64,000 nucleotides of DNA, from the NCBI GenBank assembly GCA_003942085.1, contig DQIQ01000003.1, positions 1,408 through 65,407 of the forward strand, in the 5' to 3' direction. This stretch comes from Thermoplasmata archaeon (lineage in GTDB: Archaea; Thermoplasmatota; E2; DHVEG-1). Position 1 is the first letter of the stretch. Each line of letters starts with the position of its first letter. This document shows, in pieces, positions 27,921 through 37,689 of the stretch. The notes under the pieces are model-generated. The model searched no databases. It was not told the origin of the DNA and was given only the letters and a program-made list of their open reading frames with translations. The position numbers were made by a program, and so were the translations under genes.

Positions 27921-30656
27921 TTACGTTTTAATGTAAAACAGAAGTATCGTTCCATTTTGTGATGTGCTTGTGGTGCTATAGGGGTGTGATGCCGTAACCG
28001 TTATGATGGTCTTTCCAAATCCAAGGATGAGATCAGAGTTAATGGTCCGTTGGCCACCAGCGGGGATGCTTAAGAGAGTCCCACCTGTTTTTTGCCCGAT
28101 GAATGCACCACCGGTTAGGGTGATGTTCCATTGAACATGCATAATATCGATAGCACCTGTGTTTTTGATCACGGTTTTGATCTTGAACAGCCCGCCCGAG
28201 AGAAGACCGATCTCTAGTTTAGGTGCTATGATGGTGATGGCAAAAGGATTTGACCAATCGCTTTCAATCCCAAGGGTATTTTTGGCTTTTGCAGTAATTG
28301 AAAAGTTCCCTTTATCAGACCAGACATGCGAAATAGTTGCAATAGATCCTGAGGCACAGGGGCCAAACCATTCTTCATGGTTGCCATCGCCCCACTCTAC
28401 CCAGTAGAAGACGTTCGAATTCCCTGGGTCTGTGGTGACGAAAGAAAAATCCATCTGCCTTCCGATATCTCCTTCTGCTGATCCATTTATCTGCGGTGGA
28501 AATGGTGCTGAAAGAACAGGGCTGACCACTAAGGCATAGTCCGCGTCAAGCTCTGGTGTTTCCACATGGGAATCCTGGATGATTTCATCAGCAGACACCT
28601 CGACAGTCCAGGTTCCCGCCTCAGGGTTTTGAATGAAGGCGCATTCGACCGTGTCCTTTGTGTCTGGGCTGCCATCCGGTTGGGACCATACACCATTCCG
28701 AAGACCGTTGTTTCCCCAGTAAATAACCTTTGACGGGGAAATGACCTTCAAGGATAAATCGTTAATCCGATGTTGTGATTGAACCGCAGGATTTCCAGCC
28801 GGATCAGCATACGTCATGGTGACCTTTAAATACGGTGAATCCGCCTCGACAGATACTATATGTGTTGATACCTCAAAGGGTTGAAGCACGTCTGATTCGT
28901 CGATAATGTAGAAATTATCTCGTAAATCGTACAGGTTTTTCACCGACGGCATTCCCCATCCCAGATGCATACGTGTTTTATCCTCGGTTGTTCCATTGAA
29001 TGGGTATTGATCGGCAGTGTTGATCATCATAGCTTTTGCCGTCGTCATATGAGGACGGTTTTCAAAGACGGTGCCCTGTGGGTCGATTTTGTTTCCGAAT
29101 ATCCCATCAGACCACATCTGATAAAATAGACCGAAATGACCGGCAATGATCGGTGTTGCTCCGCTCGTACCACCAAAATTGTCGGTGTAAGCTGTTGGAC
29201 TTCCTGATGTTGTGGTGAATATCCAATCATAGAATGAACAGAGGTCTGGTTTTATCCTTCCATCGGTAGCAGGTCCGATACTGCCACCGTAGTTCCATTG
29301 GTCATCGGCTTTTGTCAGGGTATCATAATGGTAGATGCCACCGCCAGAGACGATGTTCTTTGCCCAAGCCTGCGGTCGTGACATTTGATCACCTGCATTG
29401 CTTTGAGATTGACAATGAAGTACGTCAAAATCAAAGAGCGCGGTATCAGTATCCGCGGATATCGTGGTGTACTCGGTTGTTCGATCGTTTCCAACACTAG
29501 ATGTCTCAAACACCCCGTAGTAAGGACCTTGTAATAACTCTCCAGTATGGTTATACCGATTCATCCCCTCTAACCCAATATAATTTAAGTCACCGACAAT
29601 TCCTTGACCTGCAGGGAGCAACCCTCTACCTTTTGGGTTACCGGTCCCATCTCCGAAGACAATCCCTGAGGTTGAGGCACCATGAGAGTCACTCCCGACA
29701 TTCCCATGTAGGATCAACGGACGGGATTGAAAATCAATATGAGCAATGTTAAACCCAATGTCGAAGACTTCCCCTCGGACACCGCTCCCATTGTAGCCTG
29801 CGACTGATTCAATGTAATTTGCCCCACCAATTTCACGTGCAATATCCATATCTACTTCGTAGGGGCTCCATCGGTCTACAAATAATATTTCATCCCAGCG
29901 AACGACCGAGAAAAGCTGATTTGGTGATAAGGTGGCTTCAATGAGGAATTTTCCTGCATCTGCCTTATTTACTATCCCACCAATTTCTTTGATACGTTCT
30001 GCGACGATGGTCTTTTGTTCAGCTGAAAGCACCTGGATGTTATACCGTTGAAGAGGGTACCTCTGGTCGGCGTTTTCCAAATTATCAATCATGAATTCTT
30101 CAAGCCTATAGGCGGGATGATAGGACCCAACCCAACGGACATAGGGGAAGGATTCAACCTGTGCTCTTGCATATTCTCCCATCTCGACAAGATAAGCATA
30201 TTGAGCGATATAATGCCGTACCACACCGCCACATGCTGTTATCGCATCGTTGAACTCTTTGAGAGGCTGGGTGAAAAACTGAACGATAAATAAATGGGTG
30301 TCGCTATTTGCCGTTAAAAGAGGCTCAATCGATGGTTCCCCTTTAGCAGGGTCGAAATGAGCATATCTCAATCCAATTTCGTAACAAGGCTGAACCGTTC
30401 TTACAAAAGTTTTTCCTCCATCTAAACTTATCGAATAAAACGGTACAATCTCGTTTGTATTAAGTGTGCCATCCCAGAGTTTCAACAAGATTGATGAATC
30501 AGGTATACTGATAAATCGTTCATTGGTGTTTTCAGTGTTTTTTTGAAAAAACGCCAAGGTGTCATTGAGGATATCTCCGTTGACACTGACTGCGGTTGGA
30601 ACACATAAGATACAAATAATTAGGCCTATGACTAATTTATTTATTTTTTTATCCAT
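27921..30656 (-). CDS. Secreted subtilisin-like serine peptidase (S8) with C-terminal PKD-like and beta-sandwich domains
   Basis: Signal-like N-terminus MDKKINKLVIGLIICILCVPTAVS. Triad contexts are VFDIGF (Asp), DSHGASTSG (His) and GGTSGATPIIAGH (Ser). The PKD-like segment is FYWVEWGDGNHEEW...ISHVWSDKGNFSITAKAKN. Confidence 0.85.
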   Translation of the reverse strand: MDKKINKLVIGLIICILCVPTAVSVNGDILNDTLAFFQKNTENTNERFISIPDSSILLKLWDGTLNTNEIVPFYSISLDGGKTFVRTVQPCYEIGLRYAHFDPAKGEPSIEPLLTANSDTHLFIVQFFTQPLKEFNDAITACGGVVRHYIAQYAYLVEMGEYARAQVESFPYVRWVGSYHPAYRLEEFMIDNLENADQRYPLQRYNIQVLSAEQKTIVAERIKEIGGIVNKADAGKFLIEATLSPNQLFSVVRWDEILFVDRWSPYEVDMDIAREIGGANYIESVAGYNGSGVRGEVFDIGFNIAHIDFQSRPLILHGNVGSDSHGASTSGIVFGDGTGNPKGRGLLPAGQGIVGDLNYIGLEGMNRYNHTGELLQGPYYGVFETSSVGNDRTTEYTTISADTDTALFDFDVLHCQSQSNAGDQMSRPQAWAKNIVSGGGIYHYDTLTKADDQWNYGGSIGPATDGRIKPDLCSFYDWIFTTTSGSPTAYTDNFGGTSGATPIIAGHFGLFYQMWSDGIFGNKIDPQGTVFENRPHMTTAKAMMINTADQYPFNGTTEDKTRMHLGWGMPSVKNLYDLRDNFYIIDESDVLQPFEVSTHIVSVEADSPYLKVTMTYADPAGNPAVQSQHRINDLSLKVISPSKVIYWGNNGLRNGVWSQPDGSPDTKDTVECAFIQNPEAGTWTVEVSADEIIQDSHVETPELDADYALVVSPVLSAPFPPQINGSAEGDIGRQMDFSFVTTDPGNSNVFYWVEWGDGNHEEWFGPCASGSIATISHVWSDKGNFSITAKAKNTLGIESDWSNPFAITIIAPKLEIGLLSGGLFKIKTVIKNTGAIDIMHVQWNITLTGGAFIGQKTGGTLLSIPAGGQRTINSDLILGFGKTIITVTASHPYSTTSTSQNGTILLFYIKT

Positions 30657-30744
30657 TTTTAATCCCCTTTTTAAATTTATTTTTTTTACAATATTATACT
30701 ATAATTTAATGAGTATTGTATAATTAAATCTTCCTACGTTATTT

Positions 30745-30764
30745 TTTTGATGAATTCATCAAAA
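30745..30764. promoter_or_regulatory. Perfect 20-nt palindrome TTTTGATGAATTCATCAAAA in the subtilase/glnA divergent intergenic region (candidate operator)
   Basis: Read directly from the sequence. It is self-complementary over all 20 nt. It lies ~90 nt upstream of the subtilase start (30656) and ~260-280 nt upstream of glnA. Confidence 0.3.
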
Positions 30765-31026
30765 TTGAAGTTTTTTCCCATTTATGACTCAATCATTTTA
30801 GCAGGACCTGTGAGGGCAGAATTGTTCAGATTGTTGTGTAGTTTTTCATTGATTTTTAAAAAAAATCTCAGAGATTTGTGACTGAATGACATAAGGGGTG
30901 TGCTCAAAGAAATACACCGTTTTAAATTTTTATGCGTGTGAAATCAACAATCTATTTATATACAATCATCATACAGACTGTGCGACAAAAATAATTTATT
31001 TTTGTCAAAACGGAAACATTAGAAGG

Positions 31027-32385
31027 GTGAGGAAATTGATAGTAAAAAATACTGCCAAATCATTGAATAAGGAATCAGTTTTAACAATGGTACGGGATGC
31101 GAAAGTCCTCTTTGTTCGATTGCAATTCATTGATATTTTGGGAGCGCCCAAGAACATCGTTATACCGGTTAGTGGGCTAGAGTCCGTATTGGATGAGGGT
31201 ATCCCCTTTGATGCCTCCTCAATTGCTGGATATGCAACCATTGAAGAGTCTGATAAAATCGCAAAACCAGATCCAGGGAGTTTTGTGATTCTTCCCGATA
31301 GTGTTGAACAACGGAAAACAGCGAAACTCAACTGTGATATTTTCGAACCAAATGGGAAACGATTCGAAGGTGATGTGAAATACATTTTAGAAAAAATGGT
31401 GGAAAAAGCATCAAAGCTCGGTTTCATCTACAACACTGGTCCTGAATGTGAGTTCTTTTTATTTAAAAAAAATGGTGATGACTCTACGATCATACCGAAT
31501 GATACGGCAGGGTACTTTGATTTGTCACATCGGGACCTTGCAGAAGGTGTTAGGGCAGACATCGCTCTCGCACTTGAAGAGGTTGGAATCCAGCCGTATA
31601 CTGCGCATCATGAATGCGCAGACGGTCAACAGGAAATTAATTTTAATTACGCGGATGCGATCACCACCGCTGATCGTGTGATCACGTTGAAGTACATCAC
31701 CAAGGTCATCGCCACGAAACATAACTTACATGCGTCCTTCATGCCAAAACCGCTCTATGGACAATGTGGCTCTGGGATGCATACGCATCAATCATTGTTC
31801 ACCCTTGATGGTACAAATGCGTTCTATGACCCTTCAGATAAAAACCAGTTAAGCCCAGTTGCGTATCATTTCATCGCAGGTCTGTTGAAATATATTAAAG
31901 AATTGTCCGGTGTTCTAAATCAAACTGTGAACTCCTACAAACGACTCGTCCCAGGTTATGAGGCTCCGACCTATATCTCATGGGCAAACCAGAACCGCAG
32001 CGCGCTCATTCGTATTCCATCAAAACGAGGAAAAAGCACACGATGTGAACTTCGGAATCCTGATGTCTCCTGTAATCCTTATCTTGCGTTTTCAGTGATG
32101 CTTGCTGCAGGACTGAAAGGAATTGAAGACAAGCTTGAAGCACCAGAGTCTGTTGAAAAAAATATTTATGCGTTGTCAGAAGAGGAACGTCATAAATACG
32201 GTATTGAACAACTCCCAGAGAGCCTTGGTCATGCATTAGCGGTGATGAGCAAAAGTGAACTAGTAAGAGAAACCCTCGGTGACCATGTGTTCGAAAACCT
32301 CCTGCATGTGAAGCGAAAAGAATGGGATGCATACCGCCTACAAGTGACGAAATGGGAGATGGACAGTTACCTCCAAATCCTCTAA
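31027..32385 (+). CDS. glnA: Glutamine synthetase type I
   Basis: VLFVRLQFIDILG beta-grasp start, GPECEFFLF, HHECADGQQEINF, GSGMHTHQSLF, NSYKRLVPGYEAP and RCELRNPD. The start is uncertain: GTG 31027, TTG 31036 (preceded by GGGTGAGG) or ATG 31087. The ORF-track start at 30898 extends into AT-rich promoter-like sequence and is unlikely. Confidence 0.9.
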   Translation: MRKLIVKNTAKSLNKESVLTMVRDAKVLFVRLQFIDILGAPKNIVIPVSGLESVLDEGIPFDASSIAGYATIEESDKIAKPDPGSFVILPDSVEQRKTAKLNCDIFEPNGKRFEGDVKYILEKMVEKASKLGFIYNTGPECEFFLFKKNGDDSTIIPNDTAGYFDLSHRDLAEGVRADIALALEEVGIQPYTAHHECADGQQEINFNYADAITTADRVITLKYITKVIATKHNLHASFMPKPLYGQCGSGMHTHQSLFTLDGTNAFYDPSDKNQLSPVAYHFIAGLLKYIKELSGVLNQTVNSYKRLVPGYEAPTYISWANQNRSALIRIPSKRGKSTRCELRNPDVSCNPYLAFSVMLAAGLKGIEDKLEAPESVEKNIYALSEEERHKYGIEQLPESLGHALAVMSKSELVRETLGDHVFENLLHVKRKEWDAYRLQVTKWEMDSYLQIL

Positions 32386-32484
32386 AGTAAAGCTTGCTTC
32401 ACTACTCTATTATTTTTTTTCCTTGTCCTTATTAAAGAAACGTTATTAATCGGAGAAGGTATTCATGTTAACAAGGTTGATTCA

Positions 32485-32922
32485 ATGACATTTGAAATGC
32501 AAATCGTCAGCAATACGCCTCTGACTGGCGAAGAGGATTTTGATACCGCTGCAAAGATGTTCTTTGAGCAAATTGGGTATCTTTCTAAGGGATCTGATCC
32601 TCTGATTCCCTATAAGATATTTGCAGATTTTTTCCTCAAACACCCAACGAAAGCATGGTTTGTTGACGACATCGCAGCGACATTGAAAACATCACGGCCG
32701 ACCGTCTATCGACATTTGAACAAATTGAAAGGATTCGATATCCTTGAAGAAGTATCGGTGTTTGATGAGGTGTCCAAACAACAGAAAAAGGCGTATCGAT
32801 TGCGATACGGAAATTTTGAAAAAGCATGGAATTTTGTAGAAGCGCACATTAAAGTAGCAGTTGAGAATTACGGCAAGACTGTTGAGCATCTTCAAAGCCT
32901 AATCGAAACAAAAAGGAAGTGA
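32485..32922 (+). CDS. Putative winged-helix transcriptional regulator
   Basis: HTH-like segment VDDIAATLKTSRPTVYRHLNKLKGFDILEE (ArsR/TrmB-like recognition helix pattern); 145 aa. Confidence 0.5.
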   Translation: MTFEMQIVSNTPLTGEEDFDTAAKMFFEQIGYLSKGSDPLIPYKIFADFFLKHPTKAWFVDDIAATLKTSRPTVYRHLNKLKGFDILEEVSVFDEVSKQQKKAYRLRYGNFEKAWNFVEAHIKVAVENYGKTVEHLQSLIETKRK

Positions 32923-32926
32923 ACTG

Positions 32927-33214
32927 ATGGATAAAAAGGAAGACTGGAAACTAACTGAAGGATCCCGCTATAAGATCATCTCCATAGGTGGACGAGATAG
33001 TTCTTTGGAAACCGAAGGAATTTTCAAAGGATATGCAACAATCGGTATAGAAGAAGCAGGGCTAGTTATTGAACTCTGTACAGAGCATGAGAAAAGTGAA
33101 GATAAACTCCGTATTGTTCCCTTACATGCGATCCTTGCCATTGATGTCCTGGATGCAAAAGAGCATGAAGGAACAGATGAAGACAAAGAACCAAGCGGTC
33201 ACTATTACGGATAA
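32927..33214 (+). CDS. Hypothetical small protein (95 aa) with acidic C-terminal tail
   Basis: Starts 4 nt after the wHTH gene. No family recognised. Confidence 0.45.
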   Translation: MDKKEDWKLTEGSRYKIISIGGRDSSLETEGIFKGYATIGIEEAGLVIELCTEHEKSEDKLRIVPLHAILAIDVLDAKEHEGTDEDKEPSGHYYG

Positions 33215-33334
33215 GGCACAAAGCCGCCACAAGTAAAGCCAAAAAAATAACAAAACGTTTATTAAAGAGGAATTTCTTTTATTTTGTCATATCACAAAGA
33301 AACAAACCATCCTTCGGGGGGAGCATGATTTGGT

Positions 33335-33652
33335 ATGACTAAGGAAGAGAAAAAGAAAATGGATTCCGACAACAACATCATCTATGTCGGGAACAAACCA
33401 CCGATGAATTATGTGTCTGCGATTATGGCGGTTTTGAGTTCAGGGAGCTATTCTGAGGTGGTGCTAAAAGCGAGAGGAAACGCGATTAGCAGGGCGGTTG
33501 ACGCAGCAGAGATAACCCACAATCGGTTTTTGACAGACGCTGAGGTCACCAATATCGATATCGGAACTGAAGTCGTGACCAACGAGGAAGGTAGGAAATC
33601 AAACGTGTCCTCAATTGAAATCTGCTTAACGATGAAAAAAACCGAAAAATAG
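33335..33652 (+). CDS. albA: Alba DNA/RNA-binding chromatin protein
   Basis: NNIIYVGNKPPMNYVSAIMAVL...VVLKARGNAISRAVDAAEI is the canonical Alba pattern; 105 aa. Confidence 0.9.
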   Translation: MTKEEKKKMDSDNNIIYVGNKPPMNYVSAIMAVLSSGSYSEVVLKARGNAISRAVDAAEITHNRFLTDAEVTNIDIGTEVVTNEEGRKSNVSSIEICLTMKKTEK

Positions 33653-33757
33653 ACGTCAACCCTGATTTGCGAGCTCTTCACGTTCCGTTCAGCGATAATT
33701 CATCAATCTTTCTTAAGGAAAAAATTCTATAAAGAGGATGATAATGCACCCGTGTCC

Positions 33758-36610
33758 ATGAACTCAGTTTTTGACCTCCTTGACCGTCGTATCCGAGAGC
33801 TGCTCTCTGCAAACAAAATAGAACAACCGACAGAGCCGCAGCGAATCGCAATCCCCTCGATTCTGAAGGGGCAGCATGTGCTTCTGATTGCACCGACCGG
33901 ATTGGGGAAAACAGAGTCAGCGTTGCTTCCTATCTTTCATAATTATTTGATTCAGAAAGAGTCTTGTTCTTTGGAGAAGGACGCAAAAGGTATCTCGATT
34001 CTTTATATCACCCCCCTGCGTGCGTTAAATAGGGATATGCTCCGTCGGACGTTCGACTGGGGCAAACACTTGGGAATTTCTGTGTCGGTTCGCCATGGAG
34101 ATACCTCAGTGAGTGAGCGCGCTAAACAAGCAAGATCCCCCCCCGATATGTTGATTACCACTCCTGAGACCCTGCAGATCCTTTTCACAGGCAAACGCAT
34201 ACGCAAACACCTCGGGAGTGTTCGTTGGGTCGTCGTCGATGAGGTCCATGAGCTGGCTGGTGATGAACGAGGCGCGCAGCTTGTGGTGGGATTGGAACGA
34301 TTATTGGAGATTACCAAGGAGGCAGGACATGAGTTTCAACGGATCGGTCTATCTGCAACAGTCGGTCTGCCTAGCGAGATAGCACGATATCTCGGTGGCA
34401 AAGAAAAAACTCTGTTTCGTGAAGTAGATGTTCTCGAAGTCGACGTCACCAGACATATTGATATACGTGTGGAGATGCCTTCGGTTAAAAAAGATGATTA
34501 TCCGCTGGCGAATCGTTTATCAATTGAACCGATCTCATTTGCATTGCTCCGAAGATGTAAAGAACTGATTGATGAACATACCTCCACACTTTTATTTATC
34601 AACACCAGAGATGGTGCAGAAATCCTTGCGTCTCGTTTCCATGTCTGGCAGGATGATCAGAAGATCGGTGTTCATCATGGGTCACTGTCGAAACACGCGC
34701 GCATTGAAGCAGAAAACGACTTTAAAAATGGGACATTAAAAGCATTGGTATGCACCTCTTCTCTTGAGCTTGGCATCGATGTTGGTGACACTGATTTTGT
34801 GATTCAATACAACTCACCACGGGAAGTTACCCGCATTGTCCAAAGGATTGGTCGGTCAGGGCACCGGGTTGGCCGGACGTCTAAAGGAACGATCCTTGCG
34901 ACAAATCCTGAGGATCTCTCAGAAAGCCTGGTTATTGCCCGTCGAGCACTTGCAGGAACGTTAGAGCAGTTTTCCGTGCGACGAAACCCTCTGTCGGTTC
35001 TCTCGAATCAAATGATTTCAATTGCATTGGAGTACGGTCGCATCCAAGCAAGGGTCGCTTATGAAATAATCACACGATCATACCCGTTTACTACTCTTCC
35101 ATGGACTGTCTTTGAATCGGTCATGTATCAATTAAAAGACCAGCGATCAATATGGTTGGAACAAGCAAATAACGAAATATTCCTGATGAAACGGACAAAT
35201 TCACGATACTATTTCCTTGATAATATCTCCATGATCCCTGATGAAAAAACATATCCGGTCATCGATATTAGTACAAGAAAATCCATTGGTACCCTGGATG
35301 AGCGCTTTGTGCTAAGTTGTGGATTTGAGGGAGAAAAATTTATCCTCCGGGGGAGGCCATGGATGATTGTCAAACGAGAGGATACTGAACTACTGGTCTC
35401 TCCGATTAAGGAAATCGGGACGATTCCCTCATGGGCCGGTGAAGATATCCCGGTACCGTTTGAGGTAGCTCAAGAAGTAGGAATGCTTAGGCGACTGGTG
35501 GCAGAAAACAAGGATATCTACCATTACCCCTGTGCCGCGGAAACCATGAAGAAATTTGTTGAGTATGTCGGTGCTCAAAAACAACAAGGATTTATCGTAC
35601 CTGACGATACGACGATTACCTTTGATGTTGAGGAAAAAACCTTGGTGCTCAACACCTGTTTTGGCACAAAAGTCAATGAGACTGTCGGACGATTGATTTC
35701 AGCGATTCTTGCACAATCCATCGGTGAAAGCATCGGGATCAATAGTGATGCCTATCGCATCAATCTTGAGCTGCCTGGTCGTATCCCTCCTGAGCGTATC
35801 AAAGAAATCCTTTTCACTGTAAAACCAGAGACATTGGAATACCTCATGAAAACGATTCTGCGAAATTCGACGTACCTCCGGTGGCAGCTTATTCATGTTG
35901 CACGAAAATTCGGTGCACTACGCAAGGACTTTGATTACAAAACCGTCGGGATGAAACGGTTATTCAACCTTTTTGAACAATCATTGATCCTTGAAGAGGC
36001 ATTGGATAAATTGATGTGGGAGCGCATGGACATTGAACGAACTGTTCAGGTATTACTGAGAATACAGAACGGTGAAATCCCGATTCATATCCAAGGGTTA
36101 TCGCCGATAGCGCTCACGGGATTTGAAACTATGCGTGGTCTTATGGTCCCGCAGCGTGCGGATCGATCGATTCTCATGGCGTTGAAGAAACGATTGGAGG
36201 ACACAGATGTCACGATGGTGTGTACGAACTGTCATCGTTCATGGAATACTTTTGCAGGGCGAGCATCGATGCAACCAACCTGTTCGAGGTGTGGTGCGAT
36301 TAAAATCGCGGTGGTCCGAAGGTATAGTAAAAAGTCTCTTCCGCTGCTATCCAAGAAACACCGTACAGCTGAGGAAAACAAGGACGTAAAGCGTTTACAT
36401 AAGAACGCAAGTCTTGTCTTAAGCTATGGAAAATTCGCGATACTTGCGCTTGTCGGGCGCGGCATCGGTCCTGATACGGCTGCACGGATTCTTGGTCGCT
36501 ATAATAAACTTGAGCTGACGAAATCTGAGGAGTTGGAAATAAAATTTTTACGTGACATCCTGCAAGCTGAGCTCCTGTATGTTAAAACACGTGGTTTTTG
36601 GGATGTGTAA
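33758..36610 (+). CDS. lhr: Lhr-type ATP-dependent DEAD/DEAH-box helicase with C-terminal Zn-ribbon
   Basis: Motif I LLIAPTGLGKT, motif II VVVDEVHE, motif VI VQRIGRSGHR. Length ~950 aa. C-terminal CTNCHRSW...CSRCGA. The ATG at 33758 is preferred over the GTG at 33752. Confidence 0.85.
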   Translation: MNSVFDLLDRRIRELLSANKIEQPTEPQRIAIPSILKGQHVLLIAPTGLGKTESALLPIFHNYLIQKESCSLEKDAKGISILYITPLRALNRDMLRRTFDWGKHLGISVSVRHGDTSVSERAKQARSPPDMLITTPETLQILFTGKRIRKHLGSVRWVVVDEVHELAGDERGAQLVVGLERLLEITKEAGHEFQRIGLSATVGLPSEIARYLGGKEKTLFREVDVLEVDVTRHIDIRVEMPSVKKDDYPLANRLSIEPISFALLRRCKELIDEHTSTLLFINTRDGAEILASRFHVWQDDQKIGVHHGSLSKHARIEAENDFKNGTLKALVCTSSLELGIDVGDTDFVIQYNSPREVTRIVQRIGRSGHRVGRTSKGTILATNPEDLSESLVIARRALAGTLEQFSVRRNPLSVLSNQMISIALEYGRIQARVAYEIITRSYPFTTLPWTVFESVMYQLKDQRSIWLEQANNEIFLMKRTNSRYYFLDNISMIPDEKTYPVIDISTRKSIGTLDERFVLSCGFEGEKFILRGRPWMIVKREDTELLVSPIKEIGTIPSWAGEDIPVPFEVAQEVGMLRRLVAENKDIYHYPCAAETMKKFVEYVGAQKQQGFIVPDDTTITFDVEEKTLVLNTCFGTKVNETVGRLISAILAQSIGESIGINSDAYRINLELPGRIPPERIKEILFTVKPETLEYLMKTILRNSTYLRWQLIHVARKFGALRKDFDYKTVGMKRLFNLFEQSLILEEALDKLMWERMDIERTVQVLLRIQNGEIPIHIQGLSPIALTGFETMRGLMVPQRADRSILMALKKRLEDTDVTMVCTNCHRSWNTFAGRASMQPTCSRCGAIKIAVVRRYSKKSLPLLSKKHRTAEENKDVKRLHKNASLVLSYGKFAILALVGRGIGPDTAARILGRYNKLELTKSEELEIKFLRDILQAELLYVKTRGFWDV

Positions 36611-36666
36611 CCTGCAGGGAAATATTTATATGAACATTGTTTATATTATACAAATGGTGATTAGGT

Positions 36667-37482
36667 ATGAAGGGAAGGATAATTGTTGGTAGTTTAGTAG
36701 CAATTTTTTTGATACTACTTGCTCCGGTAACAAACGCGGTTCAGATCAAAACCGTTGAAAAGGACTTGTCAACGTCGTTCATTTCGTATGATGCCTTAAA
36801 AAACATGGATGCTGATGAACTCATTGTTTTTATCCGTACTCTTGCGCAAAACTATCCGCAGCTCTATGAAGAATTTCAGCATGATGTAGACGAAATGAAA
36901 AACACACCGGTTTCATCAATAGTCACCAAACACGTCAGTGATATACAGCTCAATAAAAATCAGGGGCCACAACAAAAAAGTGACAATCAAACATTGCTTG
37001 AAAAAATCTTTTGGAAGGTGTTTAACTATCGTCTGTTCCGATTATATATCAGTACCTGTTTGTTTATCTATTTCCAGTCGAAATTTACTCTTATGCGAAC
37101 GATGACATGGGGTATTCGGCTTCTTCGGTGGGTTAAGATAGGTATTCTCTTAGGGTTTATTGATCCATCCCAACAACCACAAACACCGAATATAGCCTGT
37201 ACAACGGATTCTACGACAAATAGAATAACAGTGGCGACTGCAGATGCTAATATCAAATGGAATGATATCATAATTACGAATGATACCGGCTCTTCAAATT
37301 GTCATTGGGCAATCTATGATGGTGGCGGGGTAACAAATCAGACAACAAATGTTATGCCCACATCAAATGTTACCGCTGGTGACTATATTTTCATCTGGTA
37401 TCCATCAGGTGGCAACGTTAAAATTACCTTGAGATACGTACCGACAAACTCATTACTCGGTAGTTGGACCGTAAACGTCTAG
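36667..37482 (+). CDS. Hypothetical secreted/membrane protein; C-terminal ~90 aa resemble the globular part of archaeal pilin-like (DUF1628-type) proteins
   Basis: Signal-like MKGRIIVGSLVAIFLILLAPVTNA and an internal hydrophobic stretch. This is followed by PQTPNIACTTDSTTNRITVATADANIKWNDIIITNDTG, a pattern I associate with the post-helix region of archaeal type IV pilin-like proteins. The resemblance is weak. Confidence 0.45.
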   Translation: MKGRIIVGSLVAIFLILLAPVTNAVQIKTVEKDLSTSFISYDALKNMDADELIVFIRTLAQNYPQLYEEFQHDVDEMKNTPVSSIVTKHVSDIQLNKNQGPQQKSDNQTLLEKIFWKVFNYRLFRLYISTCLFIYFQSKFTLMRTMTWGIRLLRWVKIGILLGFIDPSQQPQTPNIACTTDSTTNRITVATADANIKWNDIIITNDTGSSNCHWAIYDGGGVTNQTTNVMPTSNVTAGDYIFIWYPSGGNVKITLRYVPTNSLLGSWTVNV

Positions 37483-37689
37483 GCAGTTGTAGTCCATCGT
37501 CAGAAGCTATCGTGACGGTCGATGATACACTGGCCAATTGTACAGAAGTTATCGTACTATTGTATATTTCCACAGAAGAAATTTTTGATAATTTTGATTT
37601 TGATTAAACAAAGTATATAGTGGAGGAAAAACCCTTTTTAGATTATAATTACAAAGACTTTTTACCTCGGGGTAGTATACCGCCAGCCT

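Noticed and set aside
30898-31026. N-terminal extension of the glnA ORF in the supplied track (MCSKKYTVLNFYACEINNLFIY...)
   Set aside because: The extension starts at a GTG and runs through AT-rich sequence containing a TTTATATA element. The conserved GS N-terminus (KESVLTMVRDAKVLFVRLQF) begins much later. A start at 31027, 31036 or 31087 is more plausible.
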